From: Nitrospirota bacterium
GTDB lineage: Bacteria > JACPQY01
Direction: 5' to 3'
NCBI GenBank assembly: GCA_016180645.1
Contig: JACPAV010000005.1
Location: 1-64,000, forward strand
DNA: 64,000 nt
Shown here: piece by piece, positions 29,252 to 37,831 of the stretch
How the letters are laid out: each line of letters starts with the position of its first letter
Numbering within the stretch: position 1 is the stretch's first letter
Made by a program: the position numbers and the translations under genes
Notes under the pieces: generated by a model
Seen by the model: only the letters and a program-made list of their open reading frames with translations
Database searches by the model: none
What the model was told of the DNA's origin: nothing

Positions 29252-32200
29252 ATGCCCGGATTGAAGAAAACCGGACCCCGGAGTAAAGTCATTTCCGTGG
29301 GTGATCGATCGGGATTGTTGGACCGAGTTCTTCGCCGAGCTTTGGTCAAACTTGTGTCGCTTGGATTGCGACAGGGAGCGGCAGCACTCCCGCTCGCGCT
29401 GATCCTCCCCTTTTACCTTTGCGCCGTTCTTTCCGAATTCGACGTTGCCCTTCTCCCCCCACCGCCCCTACCGGGGGTCGCCATCCTCGGGGCGGCCTTA
29501 ATGGTATTCCTCCTCGCCGGAATGCCGCGTGTCCTGCCGCGTCTCCCCCGTCTCCGCAGGCTCGCATGGCTGGAGAACGCCTCGGGGCTGCCCTACCAGC
29601 CGCTACGCACCCTGGCACACCTGCGTGTCCCCACAAAGGGAGCCGACGGCGACCCCTTCCGCCACGCCGCCGTTCAGTTCGCCGAGGCTCAGACCTCCAG
29701 GATGGATCTGTCTCGCGTTGTCGAAACGGATCGCCGTGTTTCCCGCCGCCTTTTCCAGGCGTCCCTCGCCGCCACGCTTCTGGCATCCGCCGCCGCCGTT
29801 CTCTCGCCGGAGCGCCACGTGGAGTGGCTGGCGCTCATGCTGCCCGCACGGATCGCCCAGATGCTGCCCTATGCCTCGGTGAAACACTTGGCCCTGCAAC
29901 GCGTCGCCGTCCGGGTCCATCCCCCGGCGTACGCCGCCTGGCCTCCCGAAGAGAAGGTCCTCGGCGTCCCGGAACTCCAAGTGCTGAAAGGGAGCAGGGT
30001 CGAATTGACCGCTTCCACCCGGGAGCATCTGCGCACCGCCTCTCTTTCCTCCAGCGCAGGGACCAACCTGCCGGCACAGGTTTCCGGTTCGGATGTCTTC
30101 GCCTCCTTCGATGTCCTGGCCGAACAAAGTCTTCGCATCGAGGGCCTGGGACTCAAGGGTGAAAAATGGGTCAGCCCCTCCGCCGCAAATCTCAAGCTGA
30201 TTGAGGACCGGCGCCCGCACGTCGCCTTGCTTCAACCGCCGGCTGACATGACGGCGGAGGAGACCGGAAGGATCCCCATCCAGTACTCGGCGGATGACGA
30301 TTTCGGTCTGCGGCGTTTCGAGCTGGTGCTCTTCCGCGGGAAGGAGGAATCGCCCATGCCTCTCGAACGGTTGGAAGGCGAACCCTCAAGCGCGTCCGGC
30401 ACCTACATCCTCGAACTCATACAGCTCCAGCCGAAGCCGGGAGAGCTGATCGGCATCGGCGTGCGCGCGTGGGACAACGACACGGTCTCCGGCCCCAAGT
30501 TCGGGACGTCCGACATTCGCTTCCTTGAGATTCTCAGCGGCGATCACGAGCACCGGGCGAAACTGGAGAAGCTGAAGGCCGTCTGGGAAAGCCTGATCCA
30601 GACCTTGGGACTCGAACTGCCCACCACCGTGGCCGGAATGGACGGCCCCGGCCGGCTCACCGCCCACCAAACCATCGATGCGAGACTCCGCGAGACGTCG
30701 CAGTACCTCGGCGACGTCCTGGGCGGGATCGCGGACGACGAACGCATGTCCGCCGATTGGATCCAGATCCTGGCGGTCATGAAACAGGACATCGAGACGG
30801 TCAATCGCGAGAAGGCGCTCTTCCTGGCCCAAAATCCGGAGATTCTGGGTGTTCCGTCTTCCCCCCGCCGCTCCGCCGAGGATGAAATGAAACCCGGTGA
30901 GGGCGAAACGCCCGACCTCTCGCCCCCGCCGCTGTTCGTCCAGAAAGTTCAGCCCGAAGTACAGGAGTTGGAGGAAGATGTCCTCTTGCTCGACCGGTTC
31001 TTCGACATGCAGGCCCTCACCGACGCCTACACCGGTTTCAACGACGCCCTCCACCAGCAGGAAACGCTGACCGATCTTTTGAAGCAAGCCAACCTGCGGG
31101 ATCCGAAGGCCTCGGCCGCCTTGGAGCGCAAGCTTCAGGAGCTGGAACGGACGCTGGCGTCGCTGTACGAGAAGCTCATGAAAACCGCCAGGCAGATTCC
31201 CGACGAACTGCTGAATCCGGAGGCGATGCAGTCGCTAAAAACCGCGCAACTGGGGGATCTGATGGCCCAGATTCGCGAAGCTCTTCGAAGCGGCGACTCC
31301 GAAAAAGCCCAAAAACTGCTGGCTCAACTGCGGGACGAATTGCAGAAACTGATGACGACGGTGGATTCCGCCCAGAAGGGCGCGCAGCGAATGGATGAGG
31401 CGCAGTACGAAAAAGCCAAATCCATGTACCAGTCCCTTGAGCAGCTTGAGAAAGACCAGTCCCAGTTGCGCCAGGAAACGTTCGAGCAGTCCAAGGCAGG
31501 TCAATCGGGCGACGCGCGGGATGCCAAGGTCTGGATTCGACAGGCCCTCGAACAGATCCAGCGGCATCTCCAGAGCGCGGAGCAGTCTCTCTCCGGCATG
31601 GAATCGGCCCACGGCGCAACGGATTGGACCGGTCGGATGCGAATGAGTCTCGAAAACGCCCTCGCCCTCCGGGCCCAACTCGCCGAGCAGCTCGATCGGG
31701 TTGCCCCGCGCGAACTCCTCCCTCCCGCGCGAAGCCTCGAGATGGCCCTCCAGGGCGCGGATCAGCTCACGCGTTGGCCGCCGGCCGAAATTCAGAAGGC
31801 GGATCCGCCCCGGAAACTGGCGTCCGACGTCCGCGACGCGGAGCATGTTGCCAAGGAGCTGGTTCAATTCCTTCAGGCGCCGCCCGAAACCGCCCCGTCG
31901 CCAAGGGTTTCATCCGGACGCGAGCCACAGGGCGAACAAGGGGCGCCCAGCGGGCGATCGAACGGGCCGGGGTTGACCGAGCGTCAAGGACGCCTGGCCC
32001 AGAGCACCGGCGATCTCTCCAAGAAGCTTGAGGAGCTCTCCGGCTCCGTCCCCTTCGTGGGCAAGAATCCTTCCTCGAAGCTGGGACAGGCCGCGGAGGA
32101 TATGAAGTCCGCCCAACAGGCTCTTGGACGAAACGGCTATTCGGACGCGCTGACGCCGCAGGACCAAGCCATCCAGAAAATTCGCGAAGCCAAGGGGAAC

Positions 32201-32461
32201 CTTCAGCAAGCCCTCAACGGGATGAGCTCGGGCGCGCCCGGCATGTCCATGCCGTTCCCCTCGGCATGGCCGTGGGGTTCCCGACCTTCACATCAGGAAG
32301 GCAAGTACGGCGCTCCCACCCAGAAGGTTCAGATCCCCACCTCCGACCAGCACAAGGTCCCCAAGGAATTCCGCGAGGATCTCCTGGAGGCGATGAAGGA
32401 AAAATATCCCGACAAGTACGAAAAACCCGTCAAGAAATACTACGAAGAACTCCTGAAATAG
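29252..32461 (+). CDS. DUF4175-like membrane-anchored coiled-coil protein
   Basis: N-terminal TMs, Ig-like region with ADDDFGL and AWDNDTVSGPK, long Q/E-rich coiled coil, C-terminal VPKEFREDLLEAMK...YYEELLK. Confidence 0.8.
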   Translation: MPGLKKTGPRSKVISVGDRSGLLDRVLRRALVKLVSLGLRQGAAALPLALILPFYLCAVLSEFDVALLPPPPLPGVAILGAALMVFLLAGMPRVLPRLPRLRRLAWLENASGLPYQPLRTLAHLRVPTKGADGDPFRHAAVQFAEAQTSRMDLSRVVETDRRVSRRLFQASLAATLLASAAAVLSPERHVEWLALMLPARIAQMLPYASVKHLALQRVAVRVHPPAYAAWPPEEKVLGVPELQVLKGSRVELTASTREHLRTASLSSSAGTNLPAQVSGSDVFASFDVLAEQSLRIEGLGLKGEKWVSPSAANLKLIEDRRPHVALLQPPADMTAEETGRIPIQYSADDDFGLRRFELVLFRGKEESPMPLERLEGEPSSASGTYILELIQLQPKPGELIGIGVRAWDNDTVSGPKFGTSDIRFLEILSGDHEHRAKLEKLKAVWESLIQTLGLELPTTVAGMDGPGRLTAHQTIDARLRETSQYLGDVLGGIADDERMSADWIQILAVMKQDIETVNREKALFLAQNPEILGVPSSPRRSAEDEMKPGEGETPDLSPPPLFVQKVQPEVQELEEDVLLLDRFFDMQALTDAYTGFNDALHQQETLTDLLKQANLRDPKASAALERKLQELERTLASLYEKLMKTARQIPDELLNPEAMQSLKTAQLGDLMAQIREALRSGDSEKAQKLLAQLRDELQKLMTTVDSAQKGAQRMDEAQYEKAKSMYQSLEQLEKDQSQLRQETFEQSKAGQSGDARDAKVWIRQALEQIQRHLQSAEQSLSGMESAHGATDWTGRMRMSLENALALRAQLAEQLDRVAPRELLPPARSLEMALQGADQLTRWPPAEIQKADPPRKLASDVRDAEHVAKELVQFLQAPPETAPSPRVSSGREPQGEQGAPSGRSNGPGLTERQGRLAQSTGDLSKKLEELSGSVPFVGKNPSSKLGQAAEDMKSAQQALGRNGYSDALTPQDQAIQKIREAKGNLQQALNGMSSGAPGMSMPFPSAWPWGSRPSHQEGKYGAPTQKVQIPTSDQHKVPKEFREDLLEAMKEKYPDKYEKPVKKYYEELLK

Positions 32462-32670
32462 CCCCTGCGTGTCAGCGCGAAATCCCAGTTCCCGGAAGCC
32501 GCAGCATCGCGGAGTAGGAATGGGGTCGGTCGTCATGGCCAAATGGCCACCTGCGAACGATGAAAATGCCTCCCTCTGTAGCCGAGGTGACCGAATCGGT
32601 CCTTCCGGCCCCGTACCCGGAGCGCCATGGATGGCTGCGCAGGCGTGACCGCTGAACGCTTATTTCTACT

Positions 32671-32767
32671 TAGAGCCTCTAACAGAATGCCGATTCGTAG
32701 GGGAGCATCTTCAGATGCTCCCTCTTGTCGGGAGGGTCTGAAGACCCTCCCCTACGCATTCTGTTAG
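32671..32767. repeat. REP pair (classes A+B) enclosed by a 12-bp outer inverted repeat
   Basis: GTAGGGGAGCATCTTCAGATGCTCCC (32697-32722) plus inverted GGGAGGGTCTGAAGACCCTCCCCTAC (32730-32755), flanked by CTAACAGAATGC / GCATTCTGTTAG. Confidence 0.85.
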
Positions 32768-34770
32768 CCTTGCCCCTGCCCTTCTCCTTGATCGTGCGGA
32801 ACCGTGACCGTGGCCGTGGCGGTAGTGGAGTTTCCGGAGCTGTCCGTCGCTTGATACGTCAGCGTGTAGATTCTCCCCGTGCCGGTTCCGGAGCGTTCGG
32901 CGCGAAGCTGGAGGCCGCCCGCTGTCTGGATGTCGTTCTCCGTGTCGCCGTCGCCCAGACCGTTGTCCGGCTCATTACTCGTCGCAGAGCCGAGGACCAC
33001 GGCGGGGCTTGCGTCGCAAACGTCGGACACGCTGAAGGCGGCCGTAATCGGAACCATCTTGTGATTCGGCGGCCAGAGCGAACTGGGCGAGACCGAAACT
33101 GAGAGCGTCGGCGCCGTCGTATCCGAGACCGTCACCAGCACGTCATCCGTATCCGAGAGCCCGTCGCTGTCTGTGACTTTCAGCGTAATCGCATGGCTTC
33201 CGAGCGACATCGTTGCGCTCGCCGTTTCGCCCGTCGCGACAAGCGTCGTCCCCTCGAACCATTCGAACGTCACAATATCGTCGTTCGTGCCGGGCGAGGA
33301 ATCGGGATCACTCGAAGCCGAACCATCGAGAGCGATCAACGCCCCGCCGGACGACACACACTCGGCTAAGATGTCTGCCCCTGCACTCGCTGTGGGCGGC
33401 TGATTTGAAGGAGGGACGAAACCTTCGTCAAACAGTTCAGCGCTTGCGAGGAGAGGGTACGAACTTCCGTAATAGCCGCCGGCGACAAGAACTTTCCCCG
33501 TCAAGAGCAAAACCGCGGGGTGACTGAATCGTCTGAATGTCATCGATCCGGCCATAGTCCACGCGCCCGCGGCCGGGTCATAGATCTCCGAAGAAGCCAG
33601 AATGCTCCCTCCCTCCGATCGACCACCAGCGACAAGGACCCTACCTGAGGTCAGCAGCGTAGCACTGAGCCATTGCCGGCCAAAACTCATCGATCCAGTG
33701 CTCGTCCAAACACCGGTCGAGGGGTCATAAACCTCGGCAGATCGCTCAACATAAGGACTAAGACCGCCCGCCGCCAACACCCTTCCCGATGGCAGGAGAG
33801 TCAATGTAAAGTCGACCCTGGGGTTTAGCATAGCGCCTGTGGGCAGCCATGACATTGTAGTGGGGTCCAGCAGTTCGGAGGATGAGTCGTACCACGCGGT
33901 GACGCCGCCGGCAATCAGAACCTGCCCCGATGCCAGCAGCACGGCTGAGTGCGACCGCCGAGGTTTGGTCAGGTGAGCCACTTGAGTCCAAGTTCCGGTG
34001 GAACGCTCATACACTTCCACTGAGTCTGTCGTGCCAAAAGGATTCAGTCCCCCAGCCACCACGACCTTACCCGATGCGAGCAGAGTTGCGGAATGATCCT
34101 GTCTGGCCACTTGCAAATTCCCCGTTCGAGACCACACGCTCGTAACAGGATCATACAGCTCCGTAGCCATCAGGGGATAGTGGCCCCCGGCCATGACAAG
34201 CACCTCACCTGTAGGTAGCAGCACAGCGCCATGCAAATACCTCCCGAACGACATACTTGCGGTTGAAGACCAGCTTTCAGATGGTGGATCATACAATTCA
34301 GCCGACCTAAACGCCGCGTTCACCCCGTCGTGACCACCCGCCACCAGGACTTTGCCGCTTGGCAGCAATGTGGCGGAATGAAGGATGCGTGGCACAGCCA
34401 TCGAGCCCGTGGACGACCAGCCGGGGTCGATGACGATGGGGGGCGTGAGGCCGCCCAAATCCACGTGGGTCGCGATCCTCAGCGAGTCACCCAGAATCAG
34501 ACGCCGGCCTTTTTCGTCCGCTTCGCCCACGCCCTTCAATGCCACCTTGCCGTTCCTCGCCTCTCCCAGCGAGTCCATGGCCACGGAATAATGGAAACGA
34601 ACCACCGGAACGCCACGGACATCGAAGAATTCCAGGTAACTCCCCGCATCATGCACGGTCACGATTCCGGCAGGCAACGTCACCGCGTACTCTGAAGACG
34701 CCTCCGTGTCAGCAGTCGGAACGATCTCGAACTCTTCGAGACGGCTCGTATCGGCCTTCAAGTTCTTCAT
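32764..34770 (-). CDS. Kelch-repeat protein with PKD-like and LWPPNHKM-type C-terminal domains, probably 5'-truncated
   Basis: Seven repeats HSATLLxSGKVLVAGG...AELYDP; NQPPTASAGAD, LWPPNHKM, LRAERSGTGTGRIY. No signal peptide; the frame runs straight into the REP array. Confidence 0.8.
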   Translation of the reverse strand: MKNLKADTSRLEEFEIVPTADTEASSEYAVTLPAGIVTVHDAGSYLEFFDVRGVPVVRFHYSVAMDSLGEARNGKVALKGVGEADEKGRRLILGDSLRIATHVDLGGLTPPIVIDPGWSSTGSMAVPRILHSATLLPSGKVLVAGGHDGVNAAFRSAELYDPPSESWSSTASMSFGRYLHGAVLLPTGEVLVMAGGHYPLMATELYDPVTSVWSRTGNLQVARQDHSATLLASGKVVVAGGLNPFGTTDSVEVYERSTGTWTQVAHLTKPRRSHSAVLLASGQVLIAGGVTAWYDSSSELLDPTTMSWLPTGAMLNPRVDFTLTLLPSGRVLAAGGLSPYVERSAEVYDPSTGVWTSTGSMSFGRQWLSATLLTSGRVLVAGGRSEGGSILASSEIYDPAAGAWTMAGSMTFRRFSHPAVLLLTGKVLVAGGYYGSSYPLLASAELFDEGFVPPSNQPPTASAGADILAECVSSGGALIALDGSASSDPDSSPGTNDDIVTFEWFEGTTLVATGETASATMSLGSHAITLKVTDSDGLSDTDDVLVTVSDTTAPTLSVSVSPSSLWPPNHKMVPITAAFSVSDVCDASPAVVLGSATSNEPDNGLGDGDTENDIQTAGGLQLRAERSGTGTGRIYTLTYQATDSSGNSTTATATVTVPHDQGEGQGQG

Positions 34771-34772
34771 GC

Positions 34773-35023
34773 GTAGGGGAGCATCTTCAGATGCTCCCAG
34801 TTCGGGAGGGTCTAAAGACCCTCCCCTACGATTTGGTACTTCAGATGCTCCCAAGACGGGCTTCATGCGTAGGGGAGCATCTTTAGATGCTCCCAAGACG
34901 GGCGGATCTGAAGATCCGCCCCTACGAATTGCTCCCTCTTTCGGGAGGGTCTAAAGACCCTCCCCTACGATTCGGCGCCAAGAATCGGCGCCAATCCGGG
35001 AGGGTTTGAACACCGTCCCCTAC
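34773..35023. repeat. REP array downstream of RAYT (6 full REPs plus 1 partial)
   Basis: A 34773-34798, B 34804-34829, partial A 34839-34852, A 34869-34894, C 34900-34925, B 34943-34968, D 34998-35023. Confidence 0.93.
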
Positions 35024-35490
35024 ATGGTCTTCCAATCGGCCCAAACGAACGAACCGGAATGTGGGAACCGGCGGTAGTCGGATACGAGACCGCGACGGAC
35101 CGGGTTCTCCCAAATGTACCTCGCAACTTTCTCAATGCTCTCTTCCAATCGAAGCGCATGGTCGTAGAACGACCGCTGCCAGAGCGGTGCAGGCACGCCG
35201 ACTTTCCGGCCCTCATGAGTCGTCAGGATCTTGAACATGCGGACAAACTCGACCACGTCGCCACCTGCCGGACATCGCAGCAGGAGATGCAAATGGTCCG
35301 GCATGAAACAATAGGCAAACACCTCGGCGCACAGCGAATCAGCCGCGCGCCGGAGCAAGGGCACAAACACATCCACCAACTCCGCTCGCTCAAGATGCTT
35401 GGCGCGATCCGCGGTGCACAGCGTCAAAGAAAACGCGTGACCTTGGCGGTAAGCCGCCCGATCAAGCCGTATCCGTCTGCGCTCCCCCAT
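35020..35490 (-). mobile_element. rayT: REP-associated tyrosine transposase (RAYT/TnpA-REP, Y1 HUH family)
   Basis: RRIRL, AYCFMPDHLH (HUH), LWQRSFYDH, RYIWENPVRRGL (catalytic Tyr), FPHS; flanked on both sides by GTAG REPs. Confidence 0.93.
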
Positions 35491-35517
35491 GGAGTCAGTC
35501 TACCGCAGATTGATCTC

Positions 35518-35902
35518 GTAGGGGAGCATCTTTAGATGCTCCCAAGACGGGCGGATCTAAAGATCCGCCCCTACGAATTGCTCCCTCTTTCGGGAGGGTC
35601 TAAAGATCCGCCCCTACGATTCGGCGCCGAGAATCGGCGCTGATCCGGGAGGATGTAAACACCCTCCCCTACAAATAAACCAACATCGCCAACGCTCCTC
35701 GTAGGGGAGCATCTTTAGATGCTCCCAAGAGGGGCGGATCTAAAGATCCGCCCCTACGATTTGCTACCCTCCCGTGTTCGGGCTCCTCGTAGGGGAGCAT
35801 CTTCAGATGCTCCCTCTTGCATGCTCCCTCTTTCGGGAGGGTCTAAAGACCCTCCCCTACGATTCGGCGCCAAGAGGGGCGGATTTGAAGATCCGCCCCT
35901 AC
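35518..35902. repeat. REP array upstream of RAYT (9 REPs)
   Basis: A 35518-35543, C 35549-35574, B/C chimera 35592-35617, D-like 35647-35672, A 35701-35726, C 35732-35757, A 35789-35814, B 35835-35860, C 35877-35902. Confidence 0.93.
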
Positions 35903-36024
35903 GGACTGATAGCAAGGCCAAATGGGAAACCGGTTACACGCTGTGAACCCAAGGTTACAGTCGCCGTCCTCCCCTCTTGCTTGACACTCCATGTACTATT
36001 AACCACTTGCCACTTACCGTCCTG

Positions 36025-36040
36025 TGGTACGGGGCTTGCT
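36025..36040 (+). promoter_or_regulatory. Sigma-54 (-24/-12) promoter of the pilin genes
   Basis: TGGTAC-GGGGC-TTGCT matches TGGCAC-N5-TTGCW with exact GG-N10-GC spacing, about 60 nt before the ATG. RBS AAGGAGGT at 36086-36093. Confidence 0.8.
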
Positions 36041-36099
36041 CTTTGCTCCACCAGATGAAACTTTCAGCACGAGCAACATACCACGAAGGAGGTGCGCCT

Positions 36100-36759
36100 A
36101 TGAGCCGCACAACCCCCAACAGAACTTTCATTTCATCCGATCCTGCGTCACGCGTCACGCGTCAAGCGTCACGGGCGCGAAGCCGCGCCGGTTTCACTCT
36201 GATCGAGCTGATCATGATCATTATCTTGATCGCGATTCTCGCTTCGATCGCGGTGCCCCGCTTCGTGAACCTCTCGCGGCAGGCCGACATCGCCGCCACG
36301 CGCGGCGCCTTGGGCGCCATCCGAGCCGCCATGGTGATGGACTATGCCAGCCGAACCTTGGTGTCCAGGGGCATCCCCAGATTCGCCAACGTGGTCTATC
36401 ACAGTTGGTTCATGGAGCTGCACGTACCGACGAATGAACTCACCAATACCAGCCTGCTTGCCAACGCCGGCTGGGGCGCTGAAGACGCCGCCATCACTGG
36501 TCAAACCGACCAGATCTCCATCGTCGAAAACATGGACTCCACCAACGCGCCCAGCGTCGCCAATCTCAATGCCCGAGGCACCGCCTCCGCCGCTTCCGTT
36601 CTCTGCTGCTCGGCGACCTGGACCTGCCCCGCCACCAACAACCCAGGCACCATCGCCTGGGTCTACGAAAGCTACGGGGAGTTCGAGGGCGTCGTGAAGG
36701 CGTGCGGCGACAATTCGGCCGCCACCGGATACACCGACGACCAAACGGATGCGTGGTAA
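36100..36759 (+). CDS. Type IV pilin (MSHA-like), copy 1
   Basis: Prepilin cleavage site G|FTLIEL with E5; hydrophobic helix ending AVPRFVNL; four C-terminal Cys; 31-aa leader; strong RBS. Confidence 0.92.
   Translation: MSRTTPNRTFISSDPASRVTRQASRARSRAGFTLIELIMIIILIAILASIAVPRFVNLSRQADIAATRGALGAIRAAMVMDYASRTLVSRGIPRFANVVYHSWFMELHVPTNELTNTSLLANAGWGAEDAAITGQTDQISIVENMDSTNAPSVANLNARGTASAASVLCCSATWTCPATNNPGTIAWVYESYGEFEGVVKACGDNSAATGYTDDQTDAW
36145..36172 (+). repeat. Heptamer repeat (GCGTCAC)x4 in the pilin 1 leader
   Basis: GCGTCAC GCGTCAC GCGTCAA GCGTCAC. Confidence 0.85.
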
Positions 36760-36785
36760 ACCAGGCGGAAACGGGAGGAATGCCC

Positions 36786-37445
36786 ATGAAACACTCAGCA
36801 CCCAGCACTCAGCACTCCGCGCTCATGAGCGGGTCACGAGTCACGAGTCACGAGTCACGGCGGCGAAGCCGCTCGGGTTTTACACTCGTTGAACTGGTGC
36901 TCGTGGTCATCCTGATCGCGATTCTCGCCTCGATTGCCGTTCCCCGATTCGTGAACCTGGCGCGGCAGGCCGACATCGCCGCCACCCGCGGCGCCCTCGG
37001 CGCCGTCCGAGGCGCGATCGTAATGGACTATGCCAGCCGCACGCTGGTCAGCCGGGGCGTCCCCAGATTCGCCAACGTGGTCTACCACAGTTGGTTCATG
37101 GAGTTGCACGTGCCCGTGAACGAGCTCACCAATACCAGCTTGCTTGCCAATGCCGGCTGGGGCGCCGAAGACGCGGCCATCACAGGCCAAGTCGATCAGA
37201 TCTCCATCGCCGAAAACATGGACTCCACCAACGCGCCCACCGTCGCCAATCTCAATGCCAGGGCCACCGCCTCCGCCGCCTCCGTCCTCTGCTGCTCGGT
37301 GGCTTGGACGTGCCCCGCCACCAACAACCCGGGCACCATTGCCTGGGTCTACGAAAGCTACGGCGACTTCGAGGGCATCGTGAAGGCATGTGGGGACAAC
37401 AACGGAAGCACCGGATTCACCGACGACCTGACGGACGCGTGGTAG
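36786..37445 (+). CDS. Type IV pilin (MSHA-like), copy 2
   Basis: G|FTLVEL; mature part differs from copy 1 at about 24 of 188 residues by manual alignment; GGAGG RBS 7 nt upstream. Confidence 0.92.
   Translation: MKHSAPSTQHSALMSGSRVTSHESRRRSRSGFTLVELVLVVILIAILASIAVPRFVNLARQADIAATRGALGAVRGAIVMDYASRTLVSRGVPRFANVVYHSWFMELHVPVNELTNTSLLANAGWGAEDAAITGQVDQISIAENMDSTNAPTVANLNARATASAASVLCCSVAWTCPATNNPGTIAWVYESYGDFEGIVKACGDNNGSTGFTDDLTDAW
36791..36860 (+). repeat. Two heptamer tracts in the pilin 2 leader: (GCACTCA)x4-5 and (GTCACGA)x4
   Basis: ACACTCA GCACCCA GCACTCA GCACTCC GCGCTCA, then GTCACGA GTCACGA GTCACGA GTCACGG. Confidence 0.85.
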
Positions 37446-37496
37446 GCACGAGGACGTGAGGCGCGAGACGCAAGACGAAAGGCGCAGGGAGAAGGG

Positions 37497-37715
37497 ATGA
37501 ACATCAACACGGGGAGTGTGGCTGCGATGAGCATGGAGTTTGAAGCCGTCACACTCCCCCTGTACCCCAGGCTCGCAATTGCACCCTCCCGGCCCAAGCC
37601 TTTCTCCACGAAGGATCTCATGGCCCTCAAGCGCGAAACCCCGCCCGCGCCCGAAGGAATCCTCGACAAGGTTTTCTCTTCCCTCGACCGCCTCTTCGCT
37701 CCCAGCCCGCTGTAG
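37497..37715 (+). CDS. Small hypothetical protein (72 aa)
   Basis: Purine-rich RBS-like GGGAGAAGGG; fills the gap after pilin 2; followed by a degenerate class A REP hairpin (37731-37750). Confidence 0.4.
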   Translation: MNINTGSVAAMSMEFEAVTLPLYPRLAIAPSRPKPFSTKDLMALKRETPPAPEGILDKVFSSLDRLFAPSPL

Positions 37716-37831
37716 AGCGCACATCCCTGAGGAGCATCCTCACATGCTCCCATCAGGAACGCGGAGGTCCGATCCGCGACGAAATGTTTATGTTGTGACT
37801 CCCCGTGCGTCAGGAGGTAGAATCAGCTTTC

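Noticed and set aside
32462-32670. Intergenic stretch with weak hairpins and a degenerate GTAGCCGAGG
   Set aside because: No second copy in the window and no convincing ORF or RNA motif.
34771-34896. N-terminal extension of the Kelch ORF (MGASKDAPLR...)
   Set aside because: It is translated REP sequence.
34773-35902. CRISPR array
   Set aside because: Repeats alternate in orientation, belong to several classes and have short, repeated spacers. No cas genes are present, and the adjacent RAYT explains them as REPs.
35981-36000. Sigma-70 promoter for the pilins (TTGACA at 35981)
   Set aside because: No -10 hexamer at 16-18 nt spacing; the sigma-54 motif fits better.
36100-37445. Diversity-generating retroelement template/variable repeat pair
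   Set aside because: Both copies are full ORFs with an RBS, the differences are mostly synonymous or conservative rather than adenine-specific, and no reverse transcriptase is in the window.
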